Shown: in pieces, positions 1 to 11,201 of the stretch | Layout of the letters: each line of letters begins with the position of its first letter | Position numbering within the stretch: the first letter of the stretch is position 1 | NCBI GenBank assembly: GCA_000934665.2 | Contig: KZ538345.1 | Location: 1-64,000 of the forward strand | Source of the DNA: Catajapyx aquilonaris | Taxonomy: Eukaryota | Direction of reading: 5' to 3' | DNA: 64,000 nt | Made by a program: the position numbers and the translations under genes | The notes under the pieces: model-generated | The model's database searches: none | What the model was told of the DNA's origin: nothing | The model's input: the letters and a program-made list of their open reading frames with translations, nothing else

Positions 1-980
1 ATTTTTTGGATAAGTGCGAAATTTCATGCGAAAATCCTTTAAATAGCCATTTGCCCATAAATTTATGTTGCAGTCACCCAGATATGAAAGCTTTTTTTAA
101 AATTGTCTAATCAATATTTTATTTTTGCAATAAGCACATACACTGTCATACACTGCTATACATAAGTACAGAGTGCAGTTTATTTAGGAAATGGTCTCTC
201 TTACTTCTGAAGGAAGGCATAAAGTCACGGGATTTACATACTGACCTAATATAGCCATCTCTTGCTTCCTTTCCGTAAACTGCCTCGGATGCTTCAGGAC
301 CACCTTCACGCATCTTTCCACTGCTTGAGAGTGACATTGTATCGTTACGACAAGGGGTTCCTCAATATTATCCTCTCAAGCTTTTAGATGGAGAACTGCA
401 TTGTGAGTGGAGGTTCCGTCTTGCACTGTTCCACTGGTGGAAGGAGATCTTTCAAAATCTGAGATCTTTTCTGGACCTTTGGAGGGCGAAATTGTCTGGT
501 TTGCTGTTTGGGAAGTTGCCGAAAGGTCTTGATTACATCGACTGCCAATTTCCGGTTTTCATGGTCATCATCATTCTGCAAGCATCGCTAGTAACACATT
601 TTCACGTGCATTTTCATGGTGAGCCCAATACGCGTTTCTTTGGATAACACGCCATAAAATATCCTCGCTTGCCGGTGTCAATAGCGTTAGCAGCTTGATT
701 TGGTGCAAAAAATGTTTCGGGCCATCTGTACATCTTGGGTGACGTTTGATCCTGAACCACATGGGTCCATAGTGGCACACGACGCACTGTGTGAGTAAAC
801 GCAGCTCTTCACAGATGGCCCGAAACATTTATTGCAATTTATGCATATTTATTGCAAAAATAAAATATTGCTTAGACAATTTTAAAAAAGCTTTCATATC
901 TGGGTGACTGCAACATAAATTTATGGGCAAATGGCTATTTAAAGGATTTTCGCATGAAATTTCGCACTTATCCAAAAAAT
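1..980 (-). mobile_element. Deleted DNA transposon with long terminal inverted repeats carrying a degraded transposase C-terminal half (hAT-like, possibly hATm-type)
   Basis: 1-133 is the reverse complement of 849-980 (about one mismatch and one indel). The left TIR runs off the window and the right one probably extends to ~1040. Between them, minus-strand frames 828->146 give YGPMWFRIK, VIQRNAYWAHHEN..LLAMLA, EPPLT, CHSQAVERCVKVV and RDGYIR..SRDFMPSF, with stops and frameshifts. These motifs recall a widespread arthropod cut-and-paste transposase family; the superfamily label is from memory. Confidence 0.75.
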
Positions 981-1049
981 TTCCTTTCATATTTGACTTT
1001 AGAAGATAAGTGTAACATTCGCTCAATGACGCTCATATAGGCAAACTTA

Positions 1050-1127
1050 GTCCTAGCCGGGACTCGAACTCAAGTCCCCAGAGGTGGGAGGCAGTGGCCT
1101 TAATCATCTCGACAAACCCTGCGACCC
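1050..1127 (-). mobile_element. tRNA-derived SINE head fragment
   Basis: The minus strand carries a Pol III B-box-like GAGTTCGAGTCCCGGC downstream of a degenerate tRNA-like 5' segment. No intact cloverleaf. Confidence 0.5.
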
Positions 1128-1515
1128 TTTCTTTGGGAGTAGCTGGAGTAGTGCTTCTTTACTGACGAGAATGGGAGGAGGCGGGAAACGAGCATCGCCT
1201 TGCGCGGAACTGGCGGGGGGTCACTGTTCCATTTTTTTGTGGCTTTGCTGTTGGTTTCCTGTCAACCAAATTTGGCAGAGGAGTAGAGGAGACATAGCTG
1301 CGATTCACTATGCCATGCATTTACCAATATGTCCGCAACTATGTCGCTGGTAAGCATTCATTGGTCTAAGTTAAGCATTTTAACAATTTTCAAGGTCAAA
1401 AAAGGGGGTGTTACACTTGTCGGAAAAAATTTTTATTTCCATATTTGAAGTTTGGGAGGTCCACTTAACAAAACCTGAAATGTGCCTCCAGATCGCCCAT
1501 GACGCTACACCCTAA

Positions 1516-1673
1516 TGTGCAGTCCCCCAGGAGTTTAGGTTGCCAGACACCTCCAAGGTGCAGGTCAGAGACTCTCCCGACGCAGGTGAAAGGGAGTTCC
1601 CAGGCGGGGATTGAACCTGGGACCTTTCACTCAGCAAGCCGAGAGGTTACCATCTCGGCCACCACACCTCCCC
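1516..1673 (-). mobile_element. tRNA-derived SINE (related to the 7398-7737 family)
   Basis: Minus strand: A-box TGGCCGAGATGG and B-box GGTTCAATCC, followed by a body (ccctttcacc..tctctgacc..cctgggggact) resembling the 2823 and 7398 copies. Confidence 0.65.
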
Positions 1674-1697
1674 AGAAATACAACAGCTTAATCCACT

Positions 1698-1985
1698 GAT
1701 GGATGGATGAATGGGAATGGGAATGAATGGCAATGAATGGCAAATAGAAGAAAATAGTACTAGTTATGGCTACTGATTAATTCAGAATGTAATTAATATG
1801 TGAATTTGGATAATAAGGCAAATGGAAAATAGATGGTGAATTGAAAGGAATGGAATGGAAATGACATGAAATGAATTGCAAGGAATGGAAATGACATGAA
1901 ATGAATTGAAAGGAATGGAAATGACATGAAATGAATGGTTAGTGGGAGTGAATGGCATGGAAAATGATGGAATTGAATGGATGAC
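1698..1985. repeat. GGAAT/GAAT-rich low-complexity tract with ~30-bp tandem units
   Basis: The unit aaggaatggaaatgacatgaaatgaattg occurs about 3 times at 1850-1938, within degenerate gaatg repeats. Confidence 0.85.
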
Positions 1986-2254
1986 AAATGAGGGCCTGGG
2001 TGCAAAAAGGGCCCATCCCGGATCGAACAAAAATGAGATTTTTCTGTAGCTATTACTATCTGTTAGTGACATGCAAAACCTCTGCAGGTTTGGATGGGTC
2101 CTGGAGCCATGAAAAAATGTACCAGCAGGTTGTAAGGAGAACTTCCTGCAGTACAGTTTCATTTCTCAGCAGTTACGTTGTGCGGGATGGGCCCTTTTTG
2201 CACCGAGTCCCTCAAATCTAAGTTGCACAGGATGAAATGGTCATGGTTTTAGAA

Positions 2255-2355
2255 GGTGGCACGGTGGTGTAGTGGCTATCGCGACAGCCTTCCACCTCTG
2301 AGGTCCCAAGTTCGATCCCCGGATCGGACAGAGGATGCTTACGTGGATAGAGCAC
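2255..2355 (+). mobile_element. tRNA-derived SINE head (same family as 49222-49387)
   Basis: A-box TGGTGTAGTGG and B-box AGTTCGATCC. Nearly identical to the reverse complement of 49290-49387. Confidence 0.75.
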
Positions 2356-2822
2356 GGAGGAGTAAGATGGAGAGAAAACCTGCCCCAGCCGCCTGGCATT
2401 TTTTGTGTCCAGGGCTTTTCAGTTCGCCAGGCGGCCGCCAGTTGTTGCCAGGGTTTTTTTTGCTCTAGAATCTGGTGCTTTGCACGTGCTTTGTATGGCG
2501 AAGCACTGCGTGAACCACTGATTTTGGTGATTTAACGGAAATGTCTCGTCCTGAGTTGGACTTTTCGATGTGGATGACAACAGTAGTTATGCGAACATAT
2601 TGCCCTGACGGTCAAGTAGTTGTGACATTACGCACGGGGCATTACACTACTGGTCAAAAGTTTAGTATCATCCCCGAGCAGAGGTTTTTTTATTTCTCAA
2701 GCTTAAACTTACAATGCAAATTGAAAGTGTGAGGTACCGTTGAAAGCGTCATGAATAACTCTACAAACCAAAAATGGAACGGTCACTCTAGGTTCAACAG
2801 AGGCGTAGATATTATCTATTTT

Positions 2823-3050
2823 AGGGAGACGGAGTGGCGCCGCGGTAACGCGCGCGCCCACGGAAGTTAAGGTCCCGGGTTCAATCCCCACCCGGGGTTC
2901 CCACCTTCTTTCGTGCAGAGTTGGGCCATCTCTGGCTTCGTTTCGGGTGGCAATATCCGATAGACTAAGCCACCTGGGGGAGTTCACAAAATGACCAATT
3001 AACGACAGCGCACTTGCACTTTGCACATCCCCTCCTATACTTACCCTTGG
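2823..3050 (+). mobile_element. tRNA-derived SINE (7398 family, diverged copy)
   Basis: A-box-like TGGCGCCGCGG and B-box GGTTCAATCC. The body aligns by eye to 7402-7625 (cgtgcagag, tctctg(g/a)cttcgt, gggggag(t/c)tcacaaaa, tgcacatcccctcct). Confidence 0.75.
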
Positions 3051-4639
3051 AACAATTAACATATATATATATTATATGGTTCCCAAAAAATAGTGGTATA
3101 CCACTCCCCTAATAAGAGCCCAAGGTCCGATAATGGGATACAGGAAAAAAAATATATATATATATATATTTATTTTGTTAAAAAAACATTCTCGAACACT
3201 TACATTTTCAACTATAAATATTAATAAATAAAGGTAATCGTCACGAATTGATGCTTTATAATTATATTTATAATAAGGAAGCCTATCACGGGGTATCCAT
3301 TATTATAAAAAATGGTCATGGTCAGAGTGCTCAAGGAATTGAAAATATTTTCATTTAGCAGTGAATGGTGCCTGTCTCTGATTACAAAACAATAATGCAA
3401 AAGTGACTATTTATATTGTCAAATTTAATTTTTCACAGGTTACTGGGCCATTATCCTAGTTCTACTTCTCACCATCGTGATTATAGCAGTGATTCCAGTT
3501 TGAAGTTGACTTTTATTGGACATTCCAAGTGTGGTGCTGTTATGTTGCACCAATGTGGCAGTTTCCTCATAGGTCACTGCAACAGTGATCTGCTGGGTTC
3601 CTTGTTATACAGTATCAGGAATAAAAATGGGGAGTATGCAATTGATATTCACATCATCGTTACAAGTTCAGATTATTTGCTCTGGCTTGATTACACCTGG
3701 TAGACCAAAGGATGACTCTGTGGTTGTCTTTGCTCAGTCTGACTAGGGCAAAGACCACTCCTAATGGGAAGGTCATGGCAGGCCTTGGGCAAGACCAGCC
3801 TGGGGTGACCAAGAGGTCAGTTGCCCCACAGTCAGTGAGAGTTCCCCAACCACTTCCCTACCAGGGAACACCTTGAATGGAGGGAAGGAAGTAGGGGAGA
3901 GAACAAAAAGAGATCTTGGATGGTTGGTACTGCATGAGATCATACTCTCTCTTCTCATTATCTTCCCCTAGACCCCTACCATCGCTCATGAACAGACTCA
4001 AACAAAATTCTCCGTAGCCTACCTAAACAGGCCTTCCTGGTGCATGCAAGTCTGGTGATTTGTTTTCATTTCCTGCAAATATTGAAATCTTTCATAAGTA
4101 AAACTAACAGTGAGCAACATATTAACATGCATACCCTGGCAATTTTGCCAGAATTACACCATAGAAATTTTTTCTAAAATGGGTAAATATTAAGTGGAGA
4201 TAAACAGGGGAATGTGTGATTTCCAGAATATTGCCCACCACTAAACAGAATGTTCTGGGAAATTCTCCATCATCAGTCGTGAGGGTGTCTATGCCTGTGG
4301 CTTGCATGCGTAAAAGCCATGCATAAAAGCCGGGCATTGACCATTTTCTTGACAGCAAATGACAGCCATTCTTTCTACCAGTGGGTCCCTTTTAGCATTG
4401 CAAAGTTGAACAAACCTGCCCGTGCCTTTTATGACAAGTCAAGGTTAAGAGTAACCTACATGTAATTTGAAATGAGCCTTCTGGTTGACAGGTGTAAATA
4501 AGGGCATTCAATTGTGTGAATGTCACATTAAATGGAAAAACCTATTATCAGATGTATTATTTTCTGTTCCCAGTGTCCCTCCTCTCTCCAGTTAGATGAG
4601 GATCTGTTTATATTTTGACACACATCTGTCAATGTCCTA

Positions 4640-4768
4640 GCTCGGTCATTTTGGGAACTCCCCTGGATGGATTAGTCTAGCAGAAATTCCATCCGAGATG
4701 AAGCCAGTGACGACCCAACTCTGCACGGGATGAAGGGGGGAATGCCCAGGCTTGGCATCGAAGCCGTA
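4640..4768 (-). mobile_element. SINE body fragment (7398 family)
   Basis: The reverse complement matches the family body (ccccttcatcccgtgcagagttggg..ctggcttcatctcggatggaatttc..actaatcca..ggggagttcccaaaatgacc). Confidence 0.65.
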
Positions 4769-5607
4769 AGGTAATTCCCTGATCAATACGTATAATCAGG
4801 TCCTGCCAACAGCATGGGTGGTCAACCTAATGTACACTTAGTTACATATGATCTGATATGATGATAATACAGTGTGATACATAATCTGCTACATTACATT
4901 TCTTCTGAAAAGGTAAATATTCTGGCTGGGGAAGGATTTGTTGTATATGATGGTGCGGGGAGTTGCGGGTATAGTCTGCGGGCGGGTAGGGCAATTTGGT
5001 CAAGGGAGACGCTGGGGTGGGGAGGGGTGGGAGTAAATGGGACAGAAGGTTTTGATTTTCTTACAAGTCTTCTACACTTCCTACAACATACAGAAATGGC
5101 TGAAACAATAACAATAATTCCAATTACAATCGCTTCCAAGGGATTAAGAAGGATTAAAAGTGGGTTAAGCCTGCCATGTATCTCAACAACCCTTCAAGAG
5201 TGCTCTAAAATACGTTGCCAATTCAGCAGTTTTTATCTATCTGACCTTTTTTTTGCAATCTCAGTGTAAAGGTATATCCCGAAAGAGGCTGGCTACAAAA
5301 TAATCTGGTAGTTGAATGATATAGCATTAAAAAAGCGACAAGCTCATGAAACTGCGGTTTTGTTCTCTCTGTCAATATCCCGACAAAATTTAAACATTCT
5401 GACAATTTATTTGCCTTTCTTGGTCCAGAGAGGGATGCTGGTTGCTGGACATTCTGCAGTTGCCGAAGCTGAGTTGCGCATGTGCACAGTAAGCATATAT
5501 GCGAATGCAGGGGTAGGCATGCCGGCTTTCTAGCCCGACAAAAGTGCCGAAAAAGGCGACCGAGTAGGCCTTCATCTGATTCAGCCTATCCCACTTTAGA
5601 GAGCATA

Positions 5608-6131
5608 CCGTATTTACGCGCATATAAAACGGTTTTGAGGCGAAAAATCGTGGAAAATTGGTTGTTGACTTATATAAGACGCACCCAGATTTATTGCCGT
5701 AGTTTGGGAACTGGCCTCGAGCTGCCGGCAGCAACCTCGTGTGCAATGCATGTGCGTGTGGAATATATTAGAATCTAGTAGAAAGGGGGGCCAAGTGGAA
5801 AATGGGACAATGCTACGCATCTGAAACGTATAGGTGGCAAGGTCACACCGGAATTGTGCACGTGTGTGGACGGGGAGAGCATAACAATGGAAGTGAAGGA
5901 GAAACGCAGGTCGTACCGTGCCGATTTCAAGAGGAAAGTGATAACTGTGCTGACAGGACATCAAACCGACAAGCTGAAAGGCAATTCGGCGTGAATGAAT
6001 GCATGGTTCTTTCTCACGGGTTTCATCCGTTGTGCCCTGGCGTATAAGATGCACACGCGTATAAGACGCACCCTACTTTTTGAGCTACAGAAATCGGAAA
6101 AAAGGTGCGTCTTATCTGCACATAAATATGG
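5608..6131 (+). mobile_element. pogo-type (Tc1/mariner superfamily) internal-deletion derivative with a Brinker-like DNA-binding domain remnant
   Basis: TA|CCGTATTTACGCGCATATAA ... TTATCTGCACATAAATATGG|TA (TIRs plus TA TSD), with repeated ATAAGACGCACC motifs. From ATG 5887 it reads MEVKEKRRSYRADFKRKVI, then after a frameshift CADRTSNRQAERQFGVNECMV, the HTH pattern of pogo/POGK-like transposases. Confidence 0.8.
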
Positions 6132-6445
6132 TACCTGTGTGTATAATTTATTGGCGTTGGGAGTGGCTGAGAAGGCTGTGTGCATCAAGGCTCATTACTT
6201 CTCCCCGTGCTGCGTGCTGTGCACACGTGGTGAGTACTTTTAAAACTACCACAATAAGGGCCTACTCACTAGGCAGGCATGCATGTATGCTTGCATGTAG
6301 GTGCAAGATGTCACACAAGGTGCCATACACTCAAAGGTTCCACGAAATTTAGAAGAAGGATGCAACCACGATAAATTTTTGATTAACCATCTCAATATCT
6401 GTTTTATTACTCTGTATCTTAAATGTCGCCTTCCTGTCTCTAGGC

Positions 6446-7355
6446 CAGCGGTTTTCAAACTGCGGTACTCCTGGGGGTACGCGAACACAATTTGGGGGGT
6501 ACGCGAAAGATTTCGTGCAATAGCATGCACATTTGTGGGGATTAAATGGAGAAAAAAAAATTATGGGAAAAACAAACCTGGCATCATCTAAGGATATATG
6601 AATCGGATATAAAGTGGAAAACATGTAGAAATATCGGGAGGAGAAATGGGAGGGTGGGTTTGGTGGGGGCTGCGACTTCAAATGAGCAGCCTAAATATTA
6701 TTACTTCCATATGAGGTCAATATGCAGAACCGTGGAACTACAAATTAGATACAGAGTCTCCCTGTGCAAAACAACTGCGCACTTATTCCCAGATATTAGT
6801 GATTAGTGATCCAACTAGCGCAGCAGTATAGGAATAATTATTTTCCCGAAATGGACACGTCAATGAATATATTGGATAAGGAACCCGTTTGATATTTTTT
6901 GTTGCCAATTCCAAACATACCAGTACAGCACCAAGGAAAAAATTATCGAAGTTTCAGAAGATGGAAATATATTTAAAACAGGAATTTGTACATAAAAACC
7001 CTCGTCACCTTTTGGGCGGAAAGCATTGACTATTATCCTGGGATGGCCCCAGGCTGTGCTTTGAAACACTTCATTCCATTATTTTACCGCAACCTATTTA
7101 TGTGAAGCTGGCTTTTCATCAAAACAAAATACCGGACTGTGGGGAAAAAACTACTTGAGACTCAAATTGACATCACTTGTCCCAAACATTGACCACTTGG
7201 GCGCAAGCAAGCAAGCAGACCCATGCATCACACTAACTGGTAATTAGTGTTCACAATTACTACGTATTATAATATGGTAGGATGAGAATGGGAGTACAAA
7301 CTGTCTTGGCAAATTTTAAAAGGGGTACGCGGCGAAAAAAGTTTGGGAAGCCCTG
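6446..7355 (+). mobile_element. hAT (Buster/Charlie-type) deletion derivative
   Basis: Ends are CAGCGGTTTTCAAAC ... GTTTGGGAAGCCCTG, with subterminal GGGGTACGCG repeats and a flanking duplication tctaggc (6439-6445 / 7356-7362). Internal remnants WIRNPF, TYLCEAGFS and LRLKLTSLVPNIDHL..KQA match the Buster transposase C-terminal dimerisation region. Confidence 0.88.
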
Positions 7356-7397
7356 TCTAGGCGTAGAAAATATCCTGCTGCTATAAATCCCGGTGTG

Positions 7398-7737
7398 TTG
7401 TGGGGAGGCAAAGTGGCGCAACGGTAACGTTCACGCCCACGGATGTTAAGGTCCCGGGTTCGATCCCAACCCGGGGACACCCCCTTCATCTCGTGCAGAG
7501 TAAAGTGTCATCTCTGACTTCGTCTCGGGTGGAATTTCCACATACTAATCCACCCGGGGGAGCTCACAAAACAACCACATGCGGACAAGGCACTGGACTT
7601 GCACATCCCCTCCTGTCATCCCTTCCTGCCCGTGGGCCCGGGTGCTGTATAAATAGGATCCAGTTGTATTCTGACGATTAATAAAGGTCCGGCAAGACCC
7701 CAATAGGGGTACGCCTATACCCAATTATTATTATTAT
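7398..7737 (+). mobile_element. Full-length tRNA-derived SINE with (ATT)n tail and 14-bp TSD
   Basis: A-box TGGCGCAACGG, B-box GGTTCGATCC and a 3' (att)n tail. Exact TSD taaatcccggtgtg at 7384-7397 and 7738-7751. Confidence 0.92.
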
Positions 7738-9091
7738 TAAATCCCGGTGTGAGCAGCTTTTTTAAAAAGTAGTATTGGACTCTTTCTATTTGTTGTAGGT
7801 GTATGTGGCTCCATGTTTCCACCGCATATAAAATAATTGGCATAATTTTCCTATCTGAAATTTTGTAAGTTGGTATGGATATTGATAATTTGGCTTTAGT
7901 TAGTGTGGGACATACTGCGTTAATTGCTTGAATTATTGCTTCAGCATATTTAATTTGAGCTTCTAGTTTAAATGATGTTGATGAGGGAAAAGTTGTTCCT
8001 AGATATTTATATGATTTAGTTGTCTCTATTTTTTCGTTATTTATCTTAATTAAATCTCCTTTTTTAATTTCGGCAGCTACTTCTAAAAACTAACATTTTG
8101 GATTATAGAGGTGTTGATTTTTAGATCATTTTTGCTTAAGTAATTATCTAGAGTAGTAATTAATTTTTGTAGATAAATTTTTGTATCCGCAAGGAGAGTT
8201 AAGTCATCAGCAAACTGTAAAAAATTGATATAATTATGTTGGTACCTGGGATCCTTGTTGTTGGTAAGTTGTCTTTGCTTAAATAGTATTTTAGGTCCGC
8301 CATGAAACAATTGAATAATATTGGGCTTAATGCATCTTCTTGTATGACCCCAGTTTTATTGGTATTTTTTATGTGGTTGCTTGATGGTTTATTTGCGTGA
8401 TCCATATATTGGAGTAAAATATGTTAATGAATTGGAGTAATTTCAATGATAATCCCATGTTTGATAGTTTATTGAGCAGTAGTGTGTGATTGACTGAGTC
8501 AAATGCCTGTCCTATACATATATGAATGCTGTGAAAAGTTCTGTTTTATTAATTTTGAGTTGAGAAAGCACATGGAGAAAAAATATAGGATCTAGACGGT
8601 CTAAAACCATTTTGCTCATTTGGAAGTAGGTTCTGGTTTTCTAGGAAGTTGGATAATCTCTTAGCTAATATCGTTGTTAGTACCATTTGAATGTTGTTGA
8701 GTAAGGATATTGGTCTGAAGTTCTTAGGATCATTGTTATCTCGTTTCTTGTAGTTCTTAGTTGGAGATGGGTATTAACCCTATTTGAAGCCAGTTTAATG
8801 GAATGTTAGCATTCTCGTATATGTGGTTTAGTACTTTAGTAAAAACATTTTGGAATTCTATTCCCAGATTTTTGAGTATAAGGTTTGGAATTGCATCAGG
8901 GCCTGGTATTGAGATACTCTTTGGTTTTTTGAGAGCATGTTGTAGTTCATTTAGTGTAATAGGTTTGTCCAGTTCTTCTATTGATCTTTGTGTGTTTATC
9001 ATGAGCTCGTATTGTATATTGTTTTTGGCATACACGGTTAATAGATAGTTTTGCCAATCCTCTAGTGTTATGTTATGTACTGGATTTTCAG

Positions 9092-9352
9092 TCCAAAGGG
9101 ATAATCTCACAGCACCAGGCAGCCCAACAGCAGCAACAGGCTGTGCACATCAATGATCAGGAGCCTCTGACTGCCTCCATGCTGGCTGCCGCACCACCCC
9201 AGGAGCAAAAGCAGATGATTGGAGAACGAATCTTCCACTTCATCCAGAGGACGTACCCAGATCTCGCTGGAAAGTTAACTGGGATGCTGCTCGAGATAGG
9301 CAATTCCCAGCTTATGCAACTTCTGGAGAATCAAGAATCACTCAAGGGCAAG
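9092..9352 (+). CDS. pAbp: Poly(A)-binding protein, penultimate exon (MLLE/PABC domain); 5' boundary uncertain, may be a truncated paralogue
   Basis: Translates [72 protein letters not shown], the PABPC C-terminal domain. Donor AAG|GTTAGT after 9352 (phase 0). Candidate acceptors are ttttcag (9091) or ctcacag (9112). Confidence 0.85.
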
Positions 9353-9619
9353 GTTAGTCCACTGTTTTTCGCTAGAATTATACTGTGGTTTTATACTGGG
9401 AAATTGCAAGCATACGAAGAGATTAGATGTTTTTAGAGCGAGTCATCTGACTTGATATCATAATAGAGTAGGCTACTGGAGCTGGGTTCAGGGCAAGTGT
9501 AGAGTATGCAAGTTTGTCACAGGCTGCCATTGCTGTGGCAACATATTGGACCCTGATTGCATAAGTGCACAACCTTCTGATTGACTCTGTATACATCAGC
9601 TGCTGTGCCTACTTTACAT

Positions 9620-10290
9620 GAGGGGGTGAAAATCAAAAACCGACAGCTCCAAAAAACAAAAAAAATGAGTTAGCGCCGGCAATGCATTCCTCATGCCATG
9701 GAGTACATAATACCTTAATATGGTATTTAAAATTCTACAACAAAGCCGTCAAATGCAGGGGTGAAAAGTGACCTCCGTAACAAAAACCACCAGCTCCATC
9801 CCCACTCGCAGAAAATTACAGATCAAAAACCGCCAGCTCCATCACGAAACTAAAGCTATGGGAGACAGTACATACTGCGAAGCTCGTACGAATAACGACG
9901 GTGCGAATTTTACAGAATTTACAGAATTTTAACAGAACACCTTGCGTAATGCAATGGAACGTTGGTATGTAAGCGTGGAATAAACTTAAACATTTACACG
10001 CCGGATAAACCTGTGTTTCATCTTTCCCTCACTCAATTTTGCATCAAAAACCGCCAGCTCCAGCCTGTTGCAAATCAAAAACCGGCCAGTGGCGGAATGG
10101 ACGGTCCACAGCTCCTTGGGTAATGGCGGATGATTTCATAATAACTTACCAATGGTTGAGTTGCTAGTAAAGGAATCTATAGCCGCTACATTCAGGTGTC
10201 TACGTTGACATACGGCGAAACTGTAGGTTTTTCTCGTTTTTCTCCGTTACGTTTATGACGGAGCTGTCGGTTTTTGATTTTCACCCCCTC
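9620..10290. mobile_element. MITE with 31-bp perfect TIRs and 4-bp TSD (Sola2-like)
   Basis: gagggggtgaaaatcaaaaaccgacagctcc at 9620-9650 and its reverse complement at 10260-10290, with acat on both flanks and internal copies of aaaaaccgccagctcc. GAG...CTC termini with a 4-bp TSD fit Sola elements. Confidence 0.85.
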
Positions 10291-10295
10291 ACATG

Positions 10296-10728
10296 CAGGG
10301 TTCGGAAATTTAACCAACCGTCGCTTTGGGAAATGATATATGGATTCTAGGTGATTACTTTGAGTATATGCAACATGGGTCTCCGAGGCATAGTTTCCGA
10401 GATGATGTGCTGAAAGCACAAGGTATAAAATATCCTGACACGTATACGTCCCTCCACGTGACCTTACCTTTTCATTTAAAAAGGTGTTACCATGTTATTG
10501 AATTTTAATTTATGATCCTGCTAGGTAGTGTAACAGGGAATGTTCTAGGCGATGGAAGTGTCGTAAGCAGTATTCGAAACCTACAAGCTGAGATAATGCA
10601 CTTTTGATTTAATGCTAATTATCTCCGTAACTATGCGTCGGAGACCCATGTTGCATATACTCAAAGTGATCGCCTAGAACCCCTGTATCATTTTACAAAG
10701 CGACGGTAGATTAAATTTCCGAACCCTG
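10296..10728. mobile_element. Tc1/mariner-like MITE with ~110-bp imperfect TIRs
   Basis: cagggttcggaaatttaa..cgtcgcttt..actttgagtatatgcaacatgggtctccga is mirrored at ~10620-10728. The right flank is TA and the left is TG. Confidence 0.8.
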
Positions 10729-10859
10729 TATTGGACATAAGTACATGCAAGTCAATATGCCACTCTGTATTTGCACAACGTTACACAAGGTCTTTGTTAC
10801 GGACCTGCTTACAAATGCTGTCGATTTCTCTCTCTCTCTGTGTGGGTGTGTGTGATCAG

Positions 10860-11201
10860 GTCTTGACTAAGGTCTGGGGACGGAAGTCTGTGGTTTTACT
10901 GTAGCTGTGGGGACCAGTTCCAATTGTGGGGACATTTGTCGGTCCCCACAGTCTCACACACGCGAAGTGTACCATTACAGTGGGGACATGTGTAAATTAG
11001 TGGGGACATGTCCCCACTATTTTCATTTGTAGGGTTTCACAAAAGTCCATTTTTCTCAGCCTAGGTTACTTAGGGTAGGGTAGGTTAGGTAGGGTAGGGT
11101 AGGGTAGGGTAGGTTAGGTTAGGTTAGGTTAGATCAGGTTAGATCAGTTTACACTCGCAGTGAAAAGTGATCAATGTCCGTCCCCACGCCTTAGTCAAGA
11201 C
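10860..11201. mobile_element. Non-autonomous TIR element flanked by (TG)n tracts, with internal TAGGG/TTAGG array
   Basis: 25-bp TIRs (10860-10884 vs 11177-11201, 23/25 match), multiple tggggac/gtcccca motifs, a (TAGGG/TTAGG)n array at ~11070-11135, and TG repeats near both sides. Confidence 0.7.

Larger units (their letters stand above)
6360..9090 (-). mobile_element. Degraded non-LTR retrotransposon (LINE) ORF2 reverse transcriptase region, interrupted by a hAT element and a SINE
   Basis: Minus-strand frames give NITLEDW..ELDKPITLNEL..PGPDAIPN, LPNEQNGFRP, DSVNHTLLLNKL, GVIQEDALSPILFN, LQFADDL, YKYLG, IMPIILYAVETW..IERVQYYFLKKLL, and, after removing the insertions, YFLRLETGRRHLRYRVIKQILRWLIK. 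Many stops and frameshifts. Confidence 0.9.

Noticed and set aside
1782..2162. 126-aa ORF with repeated SFHVISIP units
   Set aside because: Translation of the GGAAT-rich tandem repeat.
3420..3770. Coding-like minus-strand stretch with few stops (also 16180-17020)
   Set aside because: No recognisable domain and in-frame stops are present. I cannot distinguish a pseudogene from chance.
1050..7480. tRNA-like sequences with A/B boxes as tRNA genes
   Set aside because: No convincing cloverleaf or acceptor stem. They run into shared repeat bodies, and one has a TSD and simple-repeat tail, so they are SINE heads.
11070..11135. True telomere or chromosome fusion site
   Set aside because: Only a few degenerate TTAGG units, enclosed by TIRs inside an intron.
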